Shown: in pieces, positions 1 through 7,806 of the stretch | Layout: each line of letters starts with the position of its first letter | Numbering within the stretch: position 1 is the stretch's first letter | Assembly: GCA_964534375.1 (NCBI GenBank) | Contig: CAZHPN010000044.1 | Location: 1 to 13,139 of the forward strand | Direction of reading: 5' to 3' | Length of the DNA: 13,139 bases | From: an uncultured bacterium | Lineage (GTDB): Bacteria > Lernaellota > Lernaellaia > Lernaellales > Lernaellaceae | Translations under genes and position numbers: made by a program | Notes under the pieces: model-generated | Told to the model about the DNA's origin: nothing | Seen by the model: the letters and a program-made list of their open reading frames with translations, nothing else | Database searches by the model: none

Positions 1-759
1 CTTCATCCCGACGTTGCCGATTTCGTCGAAGAACAGCGTCCCCTTGTTGGCGAGCTCCAGTTTGCCGCGCCGCGTGAACTGCGCGCCGGTGAACGCGCCT
101 TTCTCGTGGCCGAAAATCTCGCTTTCGAGCAGCCCCTCCGGGTACGCGCCGCAATTGATGCAGATGATCGGGAAATACTTGCGCCGGCTGTTGGCGTGAA
201 TCGCGCGCGCGATCAGTTCCTTGCCCGAGCCGCTTTCGCCGCGGATCATCACCGTCGCGTCGGATTTCGCCACCTCCGCCACCAATTCCAGGCTGCGCTT
301 GATCGGCTGCGACGCGCCGACGATCTCGTCGGGCAGCGACAGTTCTTCGACCGTTTTGCGCAAGAGCGCCGTCTCGGCCAGCAGCTTGCGCTTCTCGACC
401 GCGTTGCGGATCACGTGGTCGAGCTGCGCCGGGTTCACGGGCTTCGAAATGTAGTCGAAGGCGCCCTCTTTCAGCGCCTGGATCGCCGTGTCCACCGACG
501 CGAACGCGGTGATCATGATGCGGATGACGCTGTCGTCGATTTCCCCGATGCGCCGCTGCAGCTCGATGCCGTTCATCCCCGGCATTTTGATGTCGAGCAG
601 CACGATGTCCCACGAACTGTCGCCGAATTTCCCCAAGGCCTCGTTGGCGTCGGCGGCGGTGTCGACCCGGCAGCCGTAGGTCTTGAACCAGCGGAACAGC
701 GAGTCGCGCACCGACAACTCGTCGTCCACCACCAGCACGCTGACGTCGCGCATGTCCAT
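1..759 (-). CDS. Sigma54-dependent response regulator, NtrC/AtoC family (REC + AAA+; 3' end outside window)
   Basis: Not in the ORF track because it has no stop in the window. Manual translation from ATG 759 gives [21 protein letters not shown]...[14 protein letters not shown] (receiver), [15 protein letters not shown] (Walker A), [15 protein letters not shown] (GAFTGA loop) and GTLFFDEIG (Walker B). The RBS GGGGAG overlaps the kinase 3' end, and 3 nt separate the kinase stop from this ATG. Confidence 0.97.
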   Translation of the reverse strand, partial: MDMRDVSVLVVDDELSVRDSLFRWFKTYGCRVDTAADANEALGKFGDSSWDIVLLDIKMPGMNGIELQRRIGEIDDSVIRIMITAFASVDTAIQALKEGAFDYISKPVNPAQLDHVIRNAVEKRKLLAETALLRKTVEELSLPDEIVGASQPIKRSLELVAEVAKSDATVMIRGESGSGKELIARAIHANSRRKYFPIICINCGAYPEGLLESEIFGHEKGAFTGAQFTRRGKLELANKGTLFFDEIGNVGMK

Positions 760-762
760 CGT

Positions 763-2487
763 CTACTCCCCTTTTTCCGTTGCGGCGGGCGCCGAGTTCT
801 CCGCGACCCGCCCCGACTGGCGCGGCCGCCGCGGCAAAGCAATGCGAAAGATCGAACCGGCGCCCACCGTCGATTCGACGGCGATCGTTCCCCCGTGCGA
901 TTGCACGATGCCGTAGACGACCGAGAGGCCCAGGCCGACGCTGCTCTTCGAATTCTTGGCGGTGACGAAGGGCTCGAAAATGTGCGGCAGCAACTCGGCC
1001 GGAATGCCGTGGCCGGTGTCGCTGATTTGGATGCGCACCACGTCGTCGGCGGCGCAATCGGTTTCGACGAGGATTTTGCCGCCGCGATCCATCGCCTCGA
1101 CCGCGTTGATCGTCAGGGCGATGAACATCTGCTCGAGGCCGCTCGGGTCGCACCAGATCACATCGTCGCGGCAGTCGAACTTTTTTTCGAGCGCGATTTC
1201 GTTGACCTTCAGGCTGTGGTCGATGACCATCGCGCCGCGTTCGACGATCTGCTGCACCGAGGCCTGCGTGAAATCGCCGTACGAATGCTTGGCGAACAGC
1301 AGCAGGTTGTTGACGATCTGGCCGCAGCGCTCCGCCTCCCGGGAGATCATGTTCAGGCATTCGCGCAGCTCCTTCGCGTTCGCCGCGGAAATGCCGTCGC
1401 CTTGCGAGATTTTTTCGCAGTAGACGGAGTACGACAAAATGCCGGACATCGGGTTGTTCAGTTCGTGGGCCACCATCGCCGAGATCTTGCCGAGCGACGC
1501 CAGCTTTTCGATCGTCATGAGCTGGGCGTAGGCTTTTTGCAGGTCGGCGGTGCGTTCCTCGACTTTCTTCTCCAGTTCCTTGGTCCCGTCCATCAATTCG
1601 CGAATTTGCTCTTCGTGCAGGCGGTTGACCATCGTGTTGAATTCGCCGGTGAGCTTGCCAATCTCGTCGCGCGTGCCCAGCGGTTTGACGGACGGGTAGC
1701 GGCCCTGCGCGATCTGCGAGGCGGCCTCGGTCAACCGCACGATCGGGCGCATCATTCGCCGCGAAAACAAGAACACGAGGATGCCGGCCGCGGCGGCGGC
1801 CGCCGCCATCATCAAGAAGAACACGCGCCGGCCTTCGAAATACGCGCCGATCAGCTCGTCCTCGTCGCAACCCACGGCGACGATCCAGTCGTAGGGCTTG
1901 AAATAGCCGTACGCCTCCAGCCGCGTGCGCCGCGGCGACGATGGCGCCGTCGGGTCGGAGTAGGCGTAGCGGATCGTGCGGATTTCGCCGACGCGCAAAC
2001 CGAGCGCCTTGCCGCGGATCTGCCGCATGAAATCGGCGTGCGGGCCGAGCTTGGCGTCGAAGATGTTCGCGCCGGCGTTCGTCGGATGCACGACCAGCAG
2101 GCCCGCGCTGTTGAAAACGTAGGCGAAACCGCTGCGGGCGACGCCCATTCCTTGAATGATCGATTGCAGCGACTTGTACTCGTTGCCGTCGATCCACGAC
2201 GGCGATGCGCGGGTCATGGCGTCCAGACGCGCCGGGGCCGCCGCGCCTTTCTTCAGGCGGTCGAGGGCCTCCTGCGCCTCGCAGAGCATGATCAAGCTTT
2301 TGGCGATTTGCGAAAGCTGCATCTCCCCCGAGTTGATGATGCTCTGCCGAAAGAGGCGCAGCGAAAACGTCGCATAGACGATCAGCGGGGCGAGCGTGAA
2401 GAACAGGACCATGACCACCAGGCGATTGCCGAAGTTCCAATTGCGAAAACGCAACTTCCGCACGTACCGAAAAAAAGACGGCTTCAT
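763..2487 (-). CDS. Membrane sensor histidine kinase (TM - Cache-like - TM - HAMP - HisKA - HATPase_c)
   Basis: Two hydrophobic segments, Cache-like motifs (SGFAYVFNSAGLLVVHP; YGYFKPYDWIVAVG), HAMP (RPIVRLTEAASQIAQG...RDEIGKLTGEFNTM), H-box AHELNNPM, N-box INAVEAM, G1 DTGHGI, F-box IFEPF and G2 GLGLSV. Operonic with the downstream regulator. Confidence 0.96.
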   Translation of the reverse strand: MKPSFFRYVRKLRFRNWNFGNRLVVMVLFFTLAPLIVYATFSLRLFRQSIINSGEMQLSQIAKSLIMLCEAQEALDRLKKGAAAPARLDAMTRASPSWIDGNEYKSLQSIIQGMGVARSGFAYVFNSAGLLVVHPTNAGANIFDAKLGPHADFMRQIRGKALGLRVGEIRTIRYAYSDPTAPSSPRRTRLEAYGYFKPYDWIVAVGCDEDELIGAYFEGRRVFFLMMAAAAAAAGILVFLFSRRMMRPIVRLTEAASQIAQGRYPSVKPLGTRDEIGKLTGEFNTMVNRLHEEQIRELMDGTKELEKKVEERTADLQKAYAQLMTIEKLASLGKISAMVAHELNNPMSGILSYSVYCEKISQGDGISAANAKELRECLNMISREAERCGQIVNNLLLFAKHSYGDFTQASVQQIVERGAMVIDHSLKVNEIALEKKFDCRDDVIWCDPSGLEQMFIALTINAVEAMDRGGKILVETDCAADDVVRIQISDTGHGIPAELLPHIFEPFVTAKNSKSSVGLGLSVVYGIVQSHGGTIAVESTVGAGSIFRIALPRRPRQSGRVAENSAPAATEKGE

Positions 2488-2515
2488 GTCGTTGTCGCCA
2501 ACTTTGTCATGAGAA

Positions 2516-2545
2516 AGGATAGCGATAACGAAACAGTTTTGTCAA
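2516..2545 (-). promoter_or_regulatory. Putative sigma70-type promoter for the kinase/regulator operon
   Basis: Minus strand reads TTGACA (2545-2540), an 18-nt spacer, then TATCCT (2521-2516), in an AT-richer patch just upstream of the kinase. Confidence 0.6.
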
Positions 2546-2567
2546 AAGCCCTTCGCGCGCGGCCCAA

Positions 2568-2941
2568 CTACGGATGCCCGGCGTGCGCCAGCCGCCGAAG
2601 CCGCTCGGGGTCGGACCGCGGCGACGGCTCTGCGCGACGGCCAGCAGCATGGCGGTGGATGACGGCGTCAACTGCTTTCACGGACGCGTTGATGTTGTGG
2701 TCGTACTCCGGCCCCAGGGTGTCCCAAGAGGATTGCGGCGGGAGAGCGACGGCGGCCCGACCGCTCGTCCTTTGCGAGGCCGAGACCTTGATGGTCGCCT
2801 GCGCAGCCTGGGAATTAGTCAGCACGACCGTTCCGGCGAAACGACGGTTTCCGGCGCGCTGCTCCGATTGGAATGACTGCAGTCCGACGCCAACGCCACC
2901 GTTAACATCGCGAACATCGCGAGAAAATAGAAGCGCATCAT
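2568..2941 (-). pseudogene. Collapsed pseudogene: third paralog of the Cys-rich lipoproteins (2982-5243, 7807-10098)
   Basis: RBS GGGAG plus ATG 2941 gives MMRFYFLAMFAMLTVALASDCSHSNRSSAPETVVSPE (cf. MKRFYWLATIAVLLAAVALAC...IVSPE). A 1-nt frameshift near 2830 is followed by VVLTNSQAAQATI|KVSA...|ALPPQSSWDTLGPEYDHNINASVKA, which matches non-adjacent parts of the intact paralogs (VVLSNAQAAQATI; IKVSV; APPPSVSWNTLEPVYDADISAYMKV). Confidence 0.85.
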
Positions 2942-2981
2942 TGCTTTCTCCCCGTTCCTCGCGAAAACGACTCGAATTTCC

Positions 2982-5243
2982 TCAGAATAGGCATTGGTTG
3001 CCGGTGCATTGTTGTTGGATCAGGGCACAGCTCATGCATTCCTCGCCGCCGACGCCGCAGTCCGTCTCGGCGCTGCCGGGCTGGCAATCGCCGCCCGCAT
3101 CGCAGCAACCGGCCGGGCAACTGGTCGAATCGCACTGGCACCAGCCGCCGAGAAAGCACTCTTGGCCCGCGGGGCACGCGAGGCAGCCATCGCCGTACGT
3201 GCCGCATGCGTCAGCGGCGTTTCCGGGCTGGCAGGCGTCCTCCGAGTCGCAGCAGCCGGTCGGGCAACTTTTCCAATCGCACGCGCACACGCCGCCTTCG
3301 CCGTTGCTGGCGCAGCGCTGTCCCGTGTCGCACGAGGCGCAGGCCGCGCCGTTCGCGCCGCACGCGGCGTCCGTGTTTCCCGCCATGCAGGCCGACCCGG
3401 CGCAGCAGCCGGGACAATTATCGGCGCCGCAGGCGTCGTTGTCGTCGTTGTCGTCGTTGTCGTCGTCGACGGCGTCGTTGTCGTCGTTGTCGTCGTCGTC
3501 GAGCCCGGTGCACTTGGACGTGCAGGTCGCGTCAGCCGACAAGCAAGCCAATTCTTCAAAATCGCCATTAATGCTATTGCAATCCGATATTCCGTTAAGG
3601 CAACCGACTTCCGCCGTATCGCAACCTTGCACGCAATGGCTGATGAGGATGCTCGCCGCGCAGGGGTACTCCGTGTTGCAGGCAATCAGGGCGTTTTGAT
3701 ACTCGAAATCGCAATTGGCGCGGCAAATGGCTTTCTGACAAACGTCCGAGCCGCCTTCGTCGCACGCCGCGTTGCAGGGAGCGTCCACAGTTTCCGCGGC
3801 ATTTTCATCGCATTTCAGAAGCGCGGCGCTGCCGCAGCCGCTATTGTCTCCGTCGTCGTCGTCGTCGTCGGCCGCGTCGTCGTCGTTGTCGTCGTCGTCA
3901 TCGACGCAGGCCTGGTTTTCGCAATGCTCCAACTGGGGTTGCACAAGGCAATTGGCGCAGGCATCGCCGACGTTGCCGCATACCGTATCGATCGTGCCGG
4001 GCTGGCAGACGTTGTACAAATCGCAGCAGCCGTGCGGGCAATTTTTCGCATTGCAGCACGCCCCCGATAAATACGGGACGGACTTGTCGAAAATCGGCTT
4101 GCTCCAGGCGTCCAGGCGCAGCCAGCCCACCTTCGCATTGGCGCCGACCGTGGCGGCCAATCCCCCCGTCAGCGCCCAATTGCAGATCGGGTATTTGTCG
4201 AGGCTCACCTTCGCATACGGTCCGAAGGAAAAATACGGCCCGAGGACGTCATAGAGCCTCATGGCGATCGTCAGACTGGAGGTTACTTTCATGTAGGCGC
4301 TGATGTCGGCGTCGTAAACGGGCTCCAGGGTGTTCCACGAGACGCTGGGCGGCGGGGCGATGGCGGACCACGTGCCGTTGTTCTGGTCCGTATACTGCAT
4401 CCCGACCGTAAGCGCGGTGGAGCCGGTGACGCCGCCGGACACCGTGATTTTGTCCGTGGCGCTCGCCGAACCGCCGATATTGACCGAGGCGCCGAAAGTG
4501 ACGACGACCGGCACCACATCGATCGTGCCGACCCACGTCACTTTATAAAAGTCGCCGCCCGGCACGCTGATTTTCACTACCGCAGTCTGCGTCGCCACCG
4601 CGGTTAAATCGATCGTGCTCGCGAAAACGCCGGTCGCCGCGACGCTGAATAGCTTCACGTGACGCGGTTTCTCGATCTGCAAATGCCAGGTGAACTGCGG
4701 GGCAAACGAGATGTTTCCGTCCGTGACCGAGACCTTGATTGCCCCATTGTCGGCGAGAGTGGCGCCGGTGAAGTTGTAGTTGAACAGCGCGTTGGATGGA
4801 CCGCCGCTTCGCAAATCGGGTTCGCGGGCGCCTTCGACCCGATCGCTTTGCGTGGACGGGCCGGAGAACGTGACTTGCCAATCGAGCTGTTCGAAAACGT
4901 CGGTCAACGCCCCCGGGGTCGTCGCGATGACGATCTGGTCGCCCTGCTGCTGCACGCTGACCACGATTTCCAAGAAACCATAAATGTTGGCCGACTCGTT
5001 GACGTAGCCGCTCACCAGAACGTTTCCGGCGTGCAATGTCAGCAAATTCTCATTGCCGCTCGCAGGGAACGTCAGGCTGCCGGGGTGGATGGTCGCCAGC
5101 GCGGCTTGGGCATTGGACAGCACGACCGTTTCGGGAGAAATGATGGTGGCCAGCCCGCTGCTGCTGCTCTTGGAAGGGCTGCAGGCCAAGGCCAAAGCCA
5201 CGAGCAGAACTGCGAGTGTCGCCGAGAAATAAGAGCGCGTCAT
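2982..5243 (-). CDS. Large lipoprotein A1: beta-rich N-terminal region, Cys-rich repeats, poly-Asp linkers (753 aa)
   Basis: Start moved from the track's 5309 to ATG 5243, which has RBS AAGGA and the signal peptide MTRSYFSATLAVLLVALALA-C (lipobox). It has four C-x3/4-CP-(x)GCC...C-x-[PA]G...CG-x2-G-x2-C-x2-C repeats, one helical Cys-rich module and two Asp tracts. Colinear paralog of 7807-10098. Confidence 0.9.
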   Translation of the reverse strand: MTRSYFSATLAVLLVALALACSPSKSSSSGLATIISPETVVLSNAQAALATIHPGSLTFPASGNENLLTLHAGNVLVSGYVNESANIYGFLEIVVSVQQQGDQIVIATTPGALTDVFEQLDWQVTFSGPSTQSDRVEGAREPDLRSGGPSNALFNYNFTGATLADNGAIKVSVTDGNISFAPQFTWHLQIEKPRHVKLFSVAATGVFASTIDLTAVATQTAVVKISVPGGDFYKVTWVGTIDVVPVVVTFGASVNIGGSASATDKITVSGGVTGSTALTVGMQYTDQNNGTWSAIAPPPSVSWNTLEPVYDADISAYMKVTSSLTIAMRLYDVLGPYFSFGPYAKVSLDKYPICNWALTGGLAATVGANAKVGWLRLDAWSKPIFDKSVPYLSGACCNAKNCPHGCCDLYNVCQPGTIDTVCGNVGDACANCLVQPQLEHCENQACVDDDDDNDDDAADDDDDDGDNSGCGSAALLKCDENAAETVDAPCNAACDEGGSDVCQKAICRANCDFEYQNALIACNTEYPCAASILISHCVQGCDTAEVGCLNGISDCNSINGDFEELACLSADATCTSKCTGLDDDDNDDNDAVDDDNDDNDDNDACGADNCPGCCAGSACMAGNTDAACGANGAACASCDTGQRCASNGEGGVCACDWKSCPTGCCDSEDACQPGNAADACGTYGDGCLACPAGQECFLGGWCQCDSTSCPAGCCDAGGDCQPGSAETDCGVGGEECMSCALIQQQCTGNQCLF

Positions 5244-5342
5244 GGTTTCCTTTCCGTGCATCGCGCGGCGCAAAGTAATCTTTTCGCGTCGAAAAAAGGC
5301 GTTCCGCACGCCGCAATTCGAGACGTTGCATCATAAATTTGC

Positions 5343-5358
5343 TGCAATAAGTACGCCG
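5343..5358 (-). promoter_or_regulatory. Sigma54 (-24/-12) promoter of lipoprotein A1
   Basis: Minus strand CGGCGTACTTATTGCA is GG-N10-GC with TTGC at -12. It has the same spacing to the IHF-like site and palindrome as the other two copies. Confidence 0.8.
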
Positions 5359-5398
5359 CCGTCCGGCCGGTAACGCACATTTTTGCATTTTCTTTTAT

Positions 5399-5411
5399 AA
5401 TCGAGCAGTTG
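5399..5411. promoter_or_regulatory. IHF-like binding site
   Basis: AATCGAGCAGTTG versus consensus WATCAANNNNTTR (1 mismatch), preceded by an AT-rich tract and 42 bp from the -24 GG. Confidence 0.6.
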
Positions 5412-5455
5412 CGCAATTAGAAAGAATCAGTAGACGCCAGTGAGAAGTCAAAACG

Positions 5456-5494
5456 GCGTTCAAAATTAATACGGGGCGTATTAATCTTGAACGC
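5456..5494. promoter_or_regulatory. 39-bp palindrome, candidate enhancer (UAS) copy 1
   Basis: GCGTTCAAAATTAATAC-GGGGC-GTATTAATCTTGAACGC: 17-bp arms with 1 mismatch, centred 118 bp upstream of the -24 GG. Confidence 0.8.
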
Positions 5495-5728
5495 ATGAGG
5501 CCATCGCGTTGCAATCTGAAAGCGGCGCGACAACGCCAGCGCAAGCGGACGCATTACGTCCGTATAGTAACTGCGATAGCCGCCACAGACCGAAGTCGCG
5601 CCCGCAAAGGCGGCCGCTCGAATCCGCGGCCAAAACGTCCAAGGAATTCGAGTGCTCGCCCCCGCATGGACGTCGGCAAGGCGGCCAATCCCGCCCTGTC
5701 TCACCTCCGCTTCGGATTTTCCCGGCGA

Positions 5729-5755
5729 GCCGGCGTTCTCATCGGAAACGCCGGC
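5729..5755 (-). terminator. GC-rich hairpin downstream of propeller lipoprotein B1 (terminator or mRNA-stability element)
   Basis: GCCGGCGTT...AACGCCGGC stem about 35 nt after the stop. A homologous hairpin lies at 10289-10320. There is no clear U-tract. Confidence 0.4.
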
Positions 5756-5790
5756 CCGCCGATGGCCCGATCGTTGCGCGAGGTGCGCGG

Positions 5791-7077
5791 CTAGCTGCCG
5801 TAGTGCAGCACTACGCCGGCGAAAGTGACATCGTCGAATCCCACGACGTACACGTCGGAGGCCGAGCTTCCCCAAACGCCCCACAACTGCGTGCTCGAGA
5901 GCCCGCTGGGCAAGGTCGCCGCCGTGACCGTGGAACCGTCGAAGTTCAAGACCATGGCGGCGCCGGTGTTGTCCTGGCCCACGAAGTAGACGTTGGATGC
6001 CGAACTTCCCCAACTGCCATACAAATAGCCCGTGCTGCCCGCCGGCGTCGCGACTGCCGAGAAGCCCGACGAGATGTTGTAGTTCCAGATAACCGGGTTT
6101 TGCGTGCCTCCCGAATTGCGCGTGCCTGCGAAGAAGTAATTCGTGTTGGAGGTTCCCCAGACGGTGTACCACTGCTCCGTGTCGTTGCTGTAAGCGGCCC
6201 GCGCCCAAGCGGAACCGTTCCACTCCAGCAGCTCGGCGACCGGACTGGCGCCGGGGTCCCAGCCCACCGCGTACACGTCCGACGAATCCGCGGCCCAGAC
6301 GCCGAACAACTCGGGGTTGTAGCCGCTGCCGTTCGTCATTGGCGACCACGAACCCGTGTAGTTCCAGATCACGCTCACGTTATTGGTGAAGTCATATCCG
6401 ACCGCGTACACGTCGCCGAAAACGCCGGAAACCGCGAACAATTGGCTGGGGCCCGGCCAGTAGCCGTAATCCCCGTTGTTCGGAGTCACGACGATCGTAT
6501 CGGTCGCCGTCAGCGTGCCCGAGGTGAATTGGGCGCCCACAGCCCACACGTCCGAGGCATCGGCTCCCCAAATGCCATAGAGCTGCATCGGGATGCCAAA
6601 TGACCAGCCGTTCGCCGCGTAGGCGGCATCGTCGTAGAACCAGACGGCCTGGCCGGCAACCGCTTGCCCGCCGGAGTCCACGGTTCCGCCGGTGACGAAC
6701 ACGTTCGAAGCGCTGCTTCCCCAAACGCCGAACAGTTCGGTGCTCGGGAACGTGTTCAACACCGACCAAGCGTCGTCGTTGTCGTCGTTATCGTCGTTGT
6801 CGTCGTTATCGTCGTTGTCGTCGTTATCGTCGTTGTCGTCGTTGTCGTCATCGTCGTCGACGCTGTCGTTGTCGTCGTTGTCGTTGTCGTCGTCGTCGGT
6901 CGTGTCATTGTCGTCGTCGGGCGAGGAATCGTCGTCGTCGTCGGCCGTGTCATTGTCGTCGTCGACCGCCGGTTTGGAACTGCCGCTGCTGCTGCTGGAA
7001 CTGCCGCAGGCGGTCGCGCCGACCGTCAGCGCGAGCAGCAGCGCCAAAACTATCAGGGGAAATGTCCTTGTTTTCAT
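5791..7077 (-). CDS. Lipoprotein B1: poly-Asp linker + seven-repeat beta-propeller (428 aa)
   Basis: RBS AAGGAG, signal peptide ending VGATA-C, Ser-rich then long Asp-rich linker, and seven repeats of the type LFGVWGSSASNVFVTG / LYGIWGADASDVWAVG / LWGVWGSSASDVYVVG followed by [WH]-[YF]-[DN]G-x-x-W-like strands. Confidence 0.92.
   Translation of the reverse strand: MKTRTFPLIVLALLLALTVGATACGSSSSSSGSSKPAVDDDNDTADDDDDSSPDDDNDTTDDDDNDNDDNDSVDDDDDNDDNDDNDDNDDNDDNDDNDDNDDAWSVLNTFPSTELFGVWGSSASNVFVTGGTVDSGGQAVAGQAVWFYDDAAYAANGWSFGIPMQLYGIWGADASDVWAVGAQFTSGTLTATDTIVVTPNNGDYGYWPGPSQLFAVSGVFGDVYAVGYDFTNNVSVIWNYTGSWSPMTNGSGYNPELFGVWAADSSDVYAVGWDPGASPVAELLEWNGSAWARAAYSNDTEQWYTVWGTSNTNYFFAGTRNSGGTQNPVIWNYNISSGFSAVATPAGSTGYLYGSWGSSASNVYFVGQDNTGAAMVLNFDGSTVTAATLPSGLSSTQLWGVWGSSASDVYVVGFDDVTFAGVVLHYGS
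6772..6964. repeat. Coding low-complexity tandem repeat (DDN)n / poly-Asp
   Basis: A 9-bp unit GTCGTT[GA]TC is repeated about 8 times at ~6772-6848. There is also a 24-bp near-direct repeat (TCGGyCGTGTCATTGTCGTCGTCG) at 6896 and 6941. Confidence 0.9.
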
Positions 7078-7341
7078 CGGTCTCTCCTTGCAAAAATGTT
7101 ATCGAACAAGCGACCGGCCAGCCTTGGCCGGCGACCACGCGCTCGCAACAAATGCACTTTCGGGCTACGGCATCGCGGCGGGCGGCAAAACAAGTGATTG
7201 GCCGCGTTTGGCGGCGGCGTGCATCCCGCCTTTCGGTATCCCGAAGCTTAATCTGTCCGAATGTAACTGCAAATAACCTTCCCTCGCGCCGAAGCAGCCG
7301 CGGTGGCCGTAAAAACTCGACGCGTATTCGCAAAAATTGTT

Positions 7342-7357
7342 TGCAATAAACGCGCCC
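7342..7357 (-). promoter_or_regulatory. Sigma54 (-24/-12) promoter of lipoprotein B1
   Basis: Minus strand GGGCGCGTTTATTGCA versus consensus TGGCACGNNNNTTGCW. Confidence 0.85.
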
Positions 7358-7397
7358 GGTCTAGGAAAATACTCCTGAATATTTGATTTCAACTTAT

Positions 7398-7410
7398 AAT
7401 CGACTACTTG
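7398..7410. promoter_or_regulatory. IHF-like binding site
   Basis: AATCGACTACTTG with an adjacent AT-rich tract, 42 bp from the -24 GG. Confidence 0.6.
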
Positions 7411-7453
7411 CGCGAAAACGACGCGCGACGACGTTTTGCCGAGGAGCATGACC

Positions 7454-7492
7454 GCGTTCAAAACTAATACGCTGCGTATTATTTTTGAACGC
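7454..7492. promoter_or_regulatory. 39-bp palindrome, candidate enhancer (UAS) copy 2
   Basis: GCGTTCAAAACTAATAC-GCTGC-GTATTATTTTTGAACGC, centred 117 bp upstream of the -24 GG. Confidence 0.8.
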
Positions 7493-7806
7493 ACGGTTCA
7501 AACGTTTAGCAACCCGAACGTTCGGCAAACGGCAGGTCCGAAGACAGACAATTATGCGATGATAATAACTTGCTCGCGCCAAAGACGCGAGCAGTCAACC
7601 GCCACCACGATATTTAAGATTCTGCCGTCCCGATTCGTCGAAAAGTAGTTTTTTCGTCTTTACTGCCGGTGCAATTTCGTCGCGTCCGCTAGAATGGTAA
7701 TGCGGCGGCAGGGCAAAGCGCCGATCACGCTCGAAAAGCGCGGGAAGTTGTCGTCGTCGTCGCCGCGGCGACTGTCATCGGTTTCGTCGATGTCCGCGGG
7801 CGATTC

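Noticed and set aside
2568..2825. 85-aa ORF as an independent small gene
   Set aside because: It is the post-frameshift portion of the collapsed lipoprotein pseudogene.
106..3699. 1197-aa plus-strand ORF
   Set aside because: Antisense shadow of the regulator, kinase and A1 genes in high-GC DNA. It has no recognisable motifs, while the opposite strand carries clear domains.
5244..5309. Extended N-terminus of A1 given in the ORF track
   Set aside because: ATG 5243 has an RBS, begins a canonical lipoprotein signal and matches the paralog start.
6664..7276. Poly-Val, poly-Ser, poly-Thr and poly-Arg ORFs here and at the other Asp tracts
   Set aside because: These are alternative-frame readings of the GAC repeats.
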